Source of the DNA: Candidatus Nanopusillus acidilobi
GTDB lineage: Archaea > Nanobdellota > Nanobdellia > Nanobdellales > Nanobdellaceae
DNA length: 32,000 nt
Assembly (NCBI GenBank): GCA_001552015.1
Contig: CP010514.1
Location: forward strand, 540,001-572,000
Reading direction: 5' to 3'
Position numbers and translations under genes: made by a program. Below the pieces are notes generated by a model, which was not told the DNA's origin, did no database searches, and saw only the letters and a list, made by a program, of their open reading frames with translations. This document shows positions 1 through 7,617 of the stretch, in pieces. Every line of letters begins with the position of its first letter. Within the stretch, counting starts at the first letter, position 1.

Positions 1-1
1 A

Positions 2-283
2 GGTTCTTTAAAAGATTTTGCAAGAATATATGCAAAACAAAATTTAGAAGATTATGAATTACAATTAAAGGAATATAATGAAAAAGTTAACTTATGGGTA
101 ACATTATATGCATTTTTCTTTATAACATTCCCAATGGTATTACTAATTTTAGCATTTCTATTTTCAATTGCATCAGGAAATATGAATATTTTAAATTCAT
201 TATTATTTTTCTTTATTGTAATTATACCATTTTCATATATTACATACTTATATATGATACATATATATCAACCAAAGATTTAG
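2..283 (+). CDS. C-terminal end (partial, runs in from upstream) of a T2SS-F/FlaJ/PilC/TadC-like platform membrane protein
   Basis: Frame 2 is open from the window edge to TAG at 281-283 (..DFARIYAKQNLEDYELQLKEYNEKVNLWVTLYAFFFITFPMVLLILAFLFSI..). It aligns by eye with the C-terminus of the 459-aa ORF at 26533-27912 (..EFLILYSQQEMIRYNSFLKKINQVMKTFSDLYVGMVLTIPMIIISVGVM..). ORF-track entry 94..309 is a different, low-complexity frame. Confidence 0.6.
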   Translation, partial: GSLKDFARIYAKQNLEDYELQLKEYNEKVNLWVTLYAFFFITFPMVLLILAFLFSIASGNMNILNSLLFFFIVIIPFSYITYLYMIHIYQPKI

Positions 284-450
284 AAATTAACAAATCCTTT
301 CTTTGCTAAATCAATTGCTTCCTTTTTTAATTTTCTAAAACATGATATATGAAAAATCATTTTTTCTCCATTTAAATTTAATATTTTATATTTTTCATTA
401 TCATATACGGGTCTATTACAATATTTGCATTCCCCAATCTTATTTGCCAT
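280..450 (-). CDS. Small (56 aa) putative zinc-binding protein, not in the ORF track
   Basis: ATG (revcomp of 448-450) to TAA (280-282): MANKIGECKYCNRPVYDNEKYKILNLNGEKMIFHISCFRKLKKEAIDLAKKGFVNF. It has a CxxC...HxxC ligand pattern, lies directly downstream of EF-2 on the same strand, and has lysine-rich composition like the other proteins here. Confidence 0.35.
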   Translation of the reverse strand: MANKIGECKYCNRPVYDNEKYKILNLNGEKMIFHISCFRKLKKEAIDLAKKGFVNF

Positions 451-480
451 AAAAAATAATTATTTTTATTATATAAAAAT

Positions 481-2685
481 TTAGTGAACCCCTTCAGGTA
501 TTCCCTTTCTTTTCCTAATAGAATCTATTATTTGCTGTTGTAAATCTTTTGGTACTTTTTCATATACCTGATCTTCTAAGAACCAAACACCCTTTCCAGA
601 TGTTGCAGATCTTAATTCATCTGTAAATCCAAACATATTTGCTACAGGTACTTTTGCTTTAATTGTTGCTCTTTCTTCTTCAATATTCATTTCCAATATT
701 TGTCCTCTCCTTGACTGTAATATAGATGTTACATCTCCAACAGTTTCTGGAGGAGTATCAATTCTTATAACCTGCAATGGTTCATATAATGTTGGTTGTT
801 CAAGAATAGCACTCTTAATTGCATCCTTTGTTGCAGGAATTATTTGAGCAGGACCTCTATGAATTGCATCTTCATGTAATACTGCATCAATCAATTTTAC
901 TTTCATCATTATACCAGGTTCCCATGCTAATGGACCCTGATCCATTACTTCCTTAAATCCTTCTACAATATATTCTATTACTTCTGGTAAATGAACAATA
1001 CCCCTTGTCATATCAATCAATACATTTCCATTTTGTACCATTATAATTCTCCTTGCTTCTTCTTTATCAAATCCAATTTCATTAAATACTTTCCATAAAT
1101 CTTCCTTTTTAATCCTTCCTTCAGGTAATTTTCCTTCTCTAATATATTCCCTCATTTTTTCATATATTTCATATGGTAAAGGCTCAATTTGTATATATAT
1201 TTTATTATGTTTGTTTGGAGATTTCCCTTCATATACTTGTGTAACTCCATTAACAGATTCTCTATAAATTACTATTGGATCTCCAACCTTTACAGGTATT
1301 CCAAAATCGTTTTGTACTCTATATTCTATTATTTGTAAATGCAAATCTCCTAAACCAGATACTAAAATCTCTCCAGTATCCTTTTTCTGTTCAACTTTTA
1401 TTGTAGGATCTTCTCTTGTTAATAGATCCAATGTTTCAATTAATTTTGGTAGATCATTTGGATTCTTAGGTTCAAATGATTTTGTAACTACAGGATCTAA
1501 CCAATGTTTCATTTCTTCAAATGTTTCAACATTTTTTGGATCTTGAACTTTTCCAACAATTGTTTCTCCTGGATATAATCCTCTTATCCCAACTAAGGCA
1601 ATTATATTACCAGCCTTTACAGAATCTACATTTATTCTTTGTATTCCCTTCCATACAGCAACCTGTTGTATTTTTATTTGTTTTCCAGCTTGAATTAAAT
1701 ATACATCATCACCTTTTGATAATGTACCTGAAAATATTCTTGCAGTTGCAATTTCTTGCTTTGATACTTTATCAATTATTACATTTGTTACATTTATTAC
1801 TATTGGTCCATTTGAATCTAAATTTAACATTGCTTTTCCAATATCTGAATTTACATCTCCCTTCCATATATGAGGAATTCTATATTTTTGCGCTTCAATT
1901 GGAGAAGGTAAATGCCTTATAACCATATCTAATACAACTTTTGCGACAGGTGCCTTTTTTCTCATTTCTTCCTTTAATTTCTCTTTATCTTCTGAATATT
2001 GATTATATATTTCAATTACATCTTTAAATGAAACATTGTATTTTTTCATAAATGGTACAGATAATGCCCAATGGAATTTTGCAGATCCAAATGCAACAGA
2101 TCCATCATTTACATTTACATTCCATTTTCCTTTAAATTCTGGAGGAGAATATTTATCAATTAGTCTATTTATTTCAATAACTATTTTTCCAATTCTATCC
2201 ATAATTTGTTGAGGAGATAATTTTAATTCTGTAATTGCTCTATCAGTTTTATTTATGAATAATACTGGTTTTACATATTCTTTTAATGCAGTCCTTAATA
2301 CAGTTTCTGTTTGTGGCATTATTCCATCAACAAAATCTACTACAACAACTGCGCCATCAATCGCTCTAGCAGCTCTAGTAACCTGTCCTGAAAATTCTAC
2401 ATGTCCTGGGGTATCTATTAGATTTATTAAATAATCCTGATTTTCATAAGTATGGACCATTGAAACTGCAGCTCCATATACTGTTATTTCCCTTTCTCTT
2501 TCAGTTTCATGCCACCATGTAAACATTGCCTCACCTGCAAGTTCTTCTGCTAGCATTCCTGCACCTGCTAATAAAGAATCAGTCAATGTCGTCTTTCCAT
2601 GGTGTATATGCGCAATTATACCTATATTTCTTATATTATTTGGATTATCCATAACTTTCAATATTCTTTCAGTTAAACTGGCCAT
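481..2685 (-). CDS. fusA: Translation elongation factor 2 (aEF-2)
   Basis: 734 aa. G1 motif AHIHHGKTTLTD, DTPGHVEF, NKTDR. C-terminal HEDAIHRGPAQ contains the His that is the diphthamide site in EF-2. A TTTTTAAAA TATA-like box lies ~27 nt upstream of the ATG. Confidence 0.97.
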   Translation of the reverse strand: MASLTERILKVMDNPNNIRNIGIIAHIHHGKTTLTDSLLAGAGMLAEELAGEAMFTWWHETEREREITVYGAAVSMVHTYENQDYLINLIDTPGHVEFSGQVTRAARAIDGAVVVVDFVDGIMPQTETVLRTALKEYVKPVLFINKTDRAITELKLSPQQIMDRIGKIVIEINRLIDKYSPPEFKGKWNVNVNDGSVAFGSAKFHWALSVPFMKKYNVSFKDVIEIYNQYSEDKEKLKEEMRKKAPVAKVVLDMVIRHLPSPIEAQKYRIPHIWKGDVNSDIGKAMLNLDSNGPIVINVTNVIIDKVSKQEIATARIFSGTLSKGDDVYLIQAGKQIKIQQVAVWKGIQRINVDSVKAGNIIALVGIRGLYPGETIVGKVQDPKNVETFEEMKHWLDPVVTKSFEPKNPNDLPKLIETLDLLTREDPTIKVEQKKDTGEILVSGLGDLHLQIIEYRVQNDFGIPVKVGDPIVIYRESVNGVTQVYEGKSPNKHNKIYIQIEPLPYEIYEKMREYIREGKLPEGRIKKEDLWKVFNEIGFDKEEARRIIMVQNGNVLIDMTRGIVHLPEVIEYIVEGFKEVMDQGPLAWEPGIMMKVKLIDAVLHEDAIHRGPAQIIPATKDAIKSAILEQPTLYEPLQVIRIDTPPETVGDVTSILQSRRGQILEMNIEEERATIKAKVPVANMFGFTDELRSATSGKGVWFLEDQVYEKVPKDLQQQIIDSIRKRKGIPEGVH

Positions 2686-2798
2686 TATAATAAAATGAAG
2701 AATAATATTTTAAAAATAAATTTTATGATATTACATATTAGCTATCTTTATATAAATATAGAATATTAAGGAAAAAATATTTTAATAATTTATTAAGA

Positions 2799-2975
2799 TT
2801 ACTTATTAATTTTTAATTCAAAAGATTTTGCCTGAAATCCTACTTTTCTATGGCTTCCATCACAATAAGGTTTATTTTGTGAATGTCCACATCTACATAA
2901 ATGATATAATACTTCTCCATTCACTGATATTTCATATGGTCCATTTTCATATCCTTTTATTACAATTTCTACCAT
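2799..2975 (-). CDS. CDGSH-type iron-sulfur domain mini-protein (58 aa), not in the ORF track
   Basis: MVEIVIKGYENGPYEISVNGEVLYHLCRCGHSQNKPYCDGSHRKVGFQAKSFELKINK. It contains an exact C-X-C-X2-S-X3-P-X-C-D-G-S-H signature. ATG is the revcomp of 2973-2975 and the stop is at 2799-2801. Confidence 0.8.
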   Translation of the reverse strand: MVEIVIKGYENGPYEISVNGEVLYHLCRCGHSQNKPYCDGSHRKVGFQAKSFELKINK

Positions 2976-3013
2976 ATTAAAACCTTTTAAAAAAATCTTA
3001 AAAATATTTTATT

Positions 3014-3613
3014 ATGAGATCTTACTTATATAAAATAATTTTAGGAATTATATCTATATTAATTTTATTTTTTATGCTTTTATTAAATAAAGTAAACTTT
3101 AATAACTATTATGTTTTAAAAAAGACGAATATTACAATAAATAATCAAAATCTATCATTATACTTATTGAATTTATATGGAGAAGGTTGTTATCAATATA
3201 ATATTACAAATGGATATTTTATAATAAAAAATGAAGGACCTGGAATAAATTATATAATACCATTAGTAGAATACATTAATACTACTTCATTTATATTTTG
3301 CAATCAAACATTCTATTATAATATAACAATTGAAGAATGTTTACCAATAAATCCATGCAATATAAAATGCACACCTAGAGAATTATGTCCAATGATAATA
3401 TGCATGGAATATCCATATTGTTCAAATGTAATATATTATATAAATATTACATATCCAATAATAATTGTTAATGATAGTATATTTTTATATAATAATAATG
3501 TTTTTTGTTACTCAGAAAACAATTGTAATATAATTTATCAAATATTACCTAAAAGTTATTTATACAATTTAATATATAATTTAATAAGTTCTATACCAAA
3601 AAATATTGTATGA
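3014..3613 (+). CDS. Membrane-anchored/secreted cysteine-rich protein with many N-glycosylation sequons (hypothetical)
   Basis: 199 aa. It has an N-terminal hydrophobic helix (IILGIISILILFFMLLL), 10 Cys and at least 8 N-x-S/T sequons. Its stop overlaps the next start (ATGA at 3610-3613). Confidence 0.6.
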   Translation: MRSYLYKIILGIISILILFFMLLLNKVNFNNYYVLKKTNITINNQNLSLYLLNLYGEGCYQYNITNGYFIIKNEGPGINYIIPLVEYINTTSFIFCNQTFYYNITIEECLPINPCNIKCTPRELCPMIICMEYPYCSNVIYYINITYPIIIVNDSIFLYNNNVFCYSENNCNIIYQILPKSYLYNLIYNLISSIPKNIV

Positions 3614-4275
3614 AACTTGCAGTATTATATTCTGGAGGAAAAGATTCAAATTATTCATTATATATTGCATCAAAATATCATGAAATATCTGTACTATTAA
3701 ATATAATTCCAAAAAACAATGAAAGTTATTTATATCATTATATTAATAATAATTTAACTGAATTACAATCAAAAGCATTAAATATACCTATAGAAAGATT
3801 TTATATAAATAATGATGAAGAAGAAACATTATTTGAAGCATTAAAATATTTAAAAGAAAAATATAATATTGATGGAATTGTTACTGGAGCAATTAGATCT
3901 ACATATCAGGGATCTAGATTTCAAAGAATATGTAAAAGATTAAATCTATGGTGTTTTAATCCATTATGGTTAAAGGATGAAAAAGAATATTTATATGAAT
4001 TATTAGAAAATAATTTTCAGTTTATAATTGTTGGATGGTATACATATCCTTTAGATATAAATATTTTAGGAAAAATTGTAGATGAAAATATAATAAAAAA
4101 ATTAATTGAATATAAAGAAAAATATAAAATAAATATTGCGGGAGAAGGCGGAGAATATGAAACTTTTGTTTTATATCAACCATTATTTAAGAAAAAAATA
4201 ATAATAAAAGATTATGAAATAAAGGTAGAAAAAAATTATGCAGAATATATTATAAAAAATGCATATTTAAAATGA
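3610..4275 (+). CDS. dph6: Dph6/MJ0570-family PP-loop ATP pyrophosphatase (diphthine-ammonia ligase-like)
   Basis: MKLAVLYSGGKDS PP-loop, GAIRSTYQ..R..ICKRLNL..FNPLW, and GEGGEYETFVL, the hallmark blocks of the COG2102/Dph6 ATP-binding domain. Confidence 0.85.
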   Translation: MKLAVLYSGGKDSNYSLYIASKYHEISVLLNIIPKNNESYLYHYINNNLTELQSKALNIPIERFYINNDEEETLFEALKYLKEKYNIDGIVTGAIRSTYQGSRFQRICKRLNLWCFNPLWLKDEKEYLYELLENNFQFIIVGWYTYPLDINILGKIVDENIIKKLIEYKEKYKINIAGEGGEYETFVLYQPLFKKKIIIKDYEIKVEKNYAEYIIKNAYLK

Positions 4276-4799
4276 TTGGAATAATTCATACAAATAAAGA
4301 AGAACTATCAAAATATGAATTTTTATATCCAATAATAAATATTTTGAAAGAATTAAATATTGATTATAAAGTTCTTTCCTATAAAGATAGAATAAATGAA
4401 TATTTTGAAAAAATAATAATAACTGGTACTGCAATAATGGACTTTGATTATTTAAATTATATAAAAAACTTTGAATTTATAATTGAAAATAATATAAAAA
4501 CCATTGCAATATGTTCTGGAAGTCAAATATTATTAAAATTACTAAATTATGATTTTGAAGATAAAGAATTAATTGGAAAATATTATGTAAAAATAATAAA
4601 TAAAGATAAAATAGTTAATAAAGACTTTGAAGCATATTTTTTAATAACAAAAATTCCAAAGATTAATGAAAAATTTTATATAATTGGAAAGGTTGAAAAT
4701 ATCCCTGTATTGTATAAATATAAAAATATATATTTTTCATTGTTCCATCCAGAAGTTTTAAATAAAGATATAATAATTAATTTTTTAGAATATATATAG
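4272..4799 (+). CDS. Class I glutamine amidotransferase-like protein (GuaA subunit-A-like fold)
   Basis: 175 aa. IIITGT.., nucleophile-elbow-like IAICSGSQILL (compare GICLGHQ) and C-terminal YFSLFHPEV (compare GVQFHPEV, His-Glu of the triad). The start overlaps the dph6 stop (ATGA at 4272-4275). Confidence 0.6.
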   Translation: MIGIIHTNKEELSKYEFLYPIINILKELNIDYKVLSYKDRINEYFEKIIITGTAIMDFDYLNYIKNFEFIIENNIKTIAICSGSQILLKLLNYDFEDKELIGKYYVKIINKDKIVNKDFEAYFLITKIPKINEKFYIIGKVENIPVLYKYKNIYFSLFHPEVLNKDIIINFLEYI

Positions 4800-4800
4800 A

Positions 4801-4855
4801 GCCCCTACTAGGGTAACCTTAGATAGATGAAAAAGGTTGAGTTAGTAGGGGTACA
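4801..4855 (+). ncRNA. Putative H/ACA-box guide sRNA (single hairpin + ACA)
   Basis: GC-rich hairpin in an AT-rich convergent intergenic gap. Lower stem 4802-4810/4843-4851 (9 bp); internal loop GGGT/GAGT; upper stem 4815-4820/4833-4838 (6 bp); 12-nt GA-rich apical loop; ACA at 4853-4855, 14 nt from the upper-stem base. The pocket is complementary to 23S H69 (see findings). Confidence 0.55.
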
Positions 4856-4857
4856 AA

Positions 4858-4905
4858 ATGAAGAAACCGTCCCAGGCTGAAAAATGATGAATTAAAGCTA
4901 ACAGA
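4858..4905 (+). ncRNA. Possible C/D-box-like sRNA module abutting the H/ACA hairpin
   Basis: ATGAAGA (4858-4864, C-like, 1 mismatch) - 12 nt (AACCGTCCCAGG) - CTGA (4877-4880, D') - AAA - ATGATGA (4884-4890, perfect C') - 11 nt - CAGA (4902-4905, D-like, 1 mismatch). Box spacing is canonical for archaeal C/D sRNAs. No target was found in the visible rRNA. Confidence 0.3.
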
Positions 4906-4912
4906 TAAAAAA

Positions 4913-6787
4913 TTATTCTTCAGCTTTTTCCCTTCCTCTTTTACTTCTTCTTCCTGATTCTGATAATACTGCAGCTATTATTATTATTGCTAATACTACC
5001 AATATCAATAATACCAATTCTAATGATGATAATGATATTGAAGGTACTTGATATACTGAATATGTTTCATTTAATGAATATAATACTTTTCCTGTTTGTT
5101 GATCTATTATATTTGCATATACTGTTACATTATTGCTTTCTGCAGTTACATTTAATGGTATTTCCTCACTATATGTTCCTCCTATTTGTATTTCTTGTTG
5201 TTCTGGATATACTTCTCCTCCAACAGCATATGCTTGTATTAATAAATTATATATTGTTGTTGTATTTGAACTTATTACTAAATATATTGTTGTATTCTTT
5301 CCATATTTTAATGGTGTATATCCAATTAATGATGCACTTATTGGTTCTGGTATTATTTGTGTTCCATTTACATATAGATTATATGTATATGTTTGTGATA
5401 TTCCATTATAATTAAATACAAATTCTATTGGATAGTATCCTGCTGTTAAGTTTTCTGGAATATATATTACTACTGGCAATTGTGTTACCTGATTTGGTGA
5501 TAATGTTATTGTTGATAATTGCTGGAATATATTTAATTGTTGTGATTCTATTATTGGTTGTACCTGTATATCCATTGGCAAGTTAGATTCTAAATTTGCA
5601 TATAATTCTATAAATTGTCCTGGTTTTACATTAAATGTATTTGTATATACACTTAATACATTTACTGGTTGTATTCCTTGCTCATTTACTGTTATTGTAT
5701 AATTATATTGATATATCTCTGTTCCATTTTGATATATATATAATATTATCGTATAATATCCTGGATATAACCCTATTGTATTTAATGGTAATATTACTTC
5801 TCCTTGAGAATTTGGAGATATTGTTTGTGAATTTTGTAAATTATATACTAGATCTCCATATTGATCATATACTAACATTTGAACTGTTGCATTTACTGTT
5901 TCATAACCTGGATTTTCCATTAATACTTCTATATTATATATTGAATTAATTAAATTATTCATTAAATTAAAGTTTGGAGATATTGAAATTACCTGTATGT
6001 TTTGTCCATTTTGATTATTTGATATATAGAATGATTGTTCTGTTTGTTGTGTTAATACTTGTCCATTAGATAACACAATATTTAATTGTTCTACTACATA
6101 CATTTGTCCTTGTACATTTTCTAAATAATAGTTTGGTATATTTACTGTTAATAAATTCTCTCCAGATTTTAAATTTACATTTTCTTGTGTTTGATATACA
6201 ATACTTCCTTGTGAATTATATAATGTTAATGTTAATGTAGAAGATTGTATATTTGTTTCAACGTTTTGTAAATATACTACTGATTGTACATTTATTCCAT
6301 ATAATTGTGCTTGCTGTTGTGAAATTACTGATGGTAATTGAATTAATGATAATGTTAAGTTATATGGTACAAATTCTAAATTATATGTTTGGTTTGCTGT
6401 TACATATTCTAAATATGTTGGATATAATAATGATACATATGCTTGAACTGTGAAACCATTGTATTGTACTAAATTCTCCAATTCTAAAGGATTTACTGAT
6501 ACCTGATATATATTTAATCCTGTAGATACTGATATTGGCTCATAATATTGATATATTAATTGCCCGCTTGGTGCATATATATTAAAGTACAAATTTGCTT
6601 CTTCAGGTGTCTGATTTACTCCACATAACTTTACTGTAAATGTTAGATTATTTAATGCATTTGCTAATAATGTTGTTGTTTGTGGTTCTATTATTAATGA
6701 CTGTGAATGTATTCCAAATGCTAATAATACTGCTCCCATTAAAAAACCAAGTAATCTTCTTACTGTTACCACCAAGTTGTTGTTCAT
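4913..6787 (-). CDS. Large cell-surface (S-layer-like) glycoprotein with internal beta-rich repeats and a C-terminal membrane anchor
   Basis: 624 aa. N-terminal signal/anchor (LLGFLMGAVLLAFGIHSQS). Composition is Q/N/T/Y/S/V-rich and nearly free of K/E, unlike the cytosolic proteins here. Many N-x-S/T sequons. Recurring ~100-aa units (e.g. FNIYAPSGQLIYQY.., LTLYNSQGSIVYQT.., QMLVYDQYGDLVYN.., IILYIYQNGTEIYQY..). C-terminal TM (LVLLILVVLAIIIIAAVL) plus a basic tail. Confidence 0.75.
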   Translation of the reverse strand: MNNNLVVTVRRLLGFLMGAVLLAFGIHSQSLIIEPQTTTLLANALNNLTFTVKLCGVNQTPEEANLYFNIYAPSGQLIYQYYEPISVSTGLNIYQVSVNPLELENLVQYNGFTVQAYVSLLYPTYLEYVTANQTYNLEFVPYNLTLSLIQLPSVISQQQAQLYGINVQSVVYLQNVETNIQSSTLTLTLYNSQGSIVYQTQENVNLKSGENLLTVNIPNYYLENVQGQMYVVEQLNIVLSNGQVLTQQTEQSFYISNNQNGQNIQVISISPNFNLMNNLINSIYNIEVLMENPGYETVNATVQMLVYDQYGDLVYNLQNSQTISPNSQGEVILPLNTIGLYPGYYTIILYIYQNGTEIYQYNYTITVNEQGIQPVNVLSVYTNTFNVKPGQFIELYANLESNLPMDIQVQPIIESQQLNIFQQLSTITLSPNQVTQLPVVIYIPENLTAGYYPIEFVFNYNGISQTYTYNLYVNGTQIIPEPISASLIGYTPLKYGKNTTIYLVISSNTTTIYNLLIQAYAVGGEVYPEQQEIQIGGTYSEEIPLNVTAESNNVTVYANIIDQQTGKVLYSLNETYSVYQVPSISLSSLELVLLILVVLAIIIIAAVLSESGRRSKRGREKAEE

Positions 6788-6809
6788 AACATAATTTATG
6801 ATAGAAAGA

Positions 6810-6817
6810 TTTATAAA
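6810..6817 (-). promoter_or_regulatory. TATA box (TTTATAAA) for the surface-protein gene
   Basis: Centred ~26 nt upstream of the ATG at 6787 (minus strand). The same spacing recurs at other genes in the window. Confidence 0.45.
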
Positions 6818-6822
6818 TGTTA

Positions 6823-7617
6823 TTACTTTATAGATAGTATATCGCTATCACCTGGAAGATATTCTAATATGATATTATAATCAACTTTAAAAATATTCTC
6901 CAATTGTTTTGCAATATCAATTGGTTTTTTATTTCCAGGAATTAATATAACATAATTTTTATTATATTTATCTTTTATACTTTCAGGTATTCCTGGAATA
7001 ACATTATAATCTTCAAATGCTAATGCAATTTCCAAATTTACTTTTATATAATTCTTTTCTCCATATATCATAAAAGAACCTTTTTTTAAATACATTCCAG
7101 AAGGTGCCTTTTTTGATACTTGATCTGGATATACATAATATACATCTACAGAAGATAATTTATTCTTCCATGCTCTAGAATATGATCCAACAAATTTTGC
7201 AGCTTCATATATATCTATTTCACTTGCATTTCTTCCATTTTTTAATATACCAAATGGAGATCCAATAATATCTGCATGAAATATCAAATCATTTTTTTCT
7301 AAATATTTATTTATAATAATTTCATTTGTAATAGAATCTTTTCCAGCAATTAATAGAAAATTATTTGTTGTAAACATCCATCTAAATTTCTCATACCATT
7401 TTTTATTTCTCTTAATTTCTTCCTTCTTTTTTTCAATAACTATTTTTTCTTCAATATTATTTAATTTTTCTTCCAATTCTTTTAGTAAATTTTCTATTTT
7501 TTGTTTTTTATTTTTTAATTCTTTTATTTTTTCATATATTTCATTTATATTTTCATATATACTTTTTCTAGTATCAATTTTTATTTCCATTTTTCCAACA
7601 GATATTGTAAAAAGCAC
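6823..7617 (-). CDS. NFACT-R (DUF814) domain protein: coiled coil + RNA-binding half of an FbpA/NEMF/Tae2 (COG1293)-type protein
   Basis: KKWYEKFRWMFTTNNFLLIAGKDSITNEIIINKYLEKNDLIFHADIIGSPFGILK matches the NFACT-R core (..F.W..S.G..I..GR...QNE.L..KY....D...HA...G...V..). It is preceded by a K/E-rich coiled coil and there is no NFACT-N domain. The true start may be the Met at 7590 (MEIKIDTRK). Confidence 0.75.
   Translation of the reverse strand: MLFTISVGKMEIKIDTRKSIYENINEIYEKIKELKNKKQKIENLLKELEEKLNNIEEKIVIEKKKEEIKRNKKWYEKFRWMFTTNNFLLIAGKDSITNEIIINKYLEKNDLIFHADIIGSPFGILKNGRNASEIDIYEAAKFVGSYSRAWKNKLSSVDVYYVYPDQVSKKAPSGMYLKKGSFMIYGEKNYIKVNLEIALAFEDYNVIPGIPESIKDKYNKNYVILIPGNKKPIDIAKQLENIFKVDYNIILEYLPGDSDILSIK

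Noticed and set aside
94-309. 71-aa ORF at the window start
   Set aside because: It is a low-complexity I/F/Y/N frame. Frame 2 (2-283) gives a sensible T2SS-F-like C-terminus paralogous to 26533-27912, so this frame is an overlap artefact.
1521-1922. 133-aa plus-strand ORF antisense to EF-2
   Set aside because: It lies entirely inside the highly conserved fusA gene and has L/Q/F-rich nonsense composition.
4801-4852. GC-rich hairpin considered as a tRNA or a nanoarchaeal split-tRNA half
   Set aside because: At 52 nt it is too short. It has no D- or T-arm (no GTTCRAATC-like loop), no anticodon-stem geometry, and no 12-14-nt GC-rich splint sequence next to a half-tRNA. The hairpin + ACA layout fits H/ACA much better.
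4987-6453. Plus-strand ORFs antisense to the surface-protein gene (4987..5415, 5133..5411, 5635..5949, 6253..6453)
   Set aside because: They are L/I/F/M/H-rich, low-complexity products created by the strongly skewed codon content of the minus-strand gene. Several overlap each other. None has a promoter-like box at -26.
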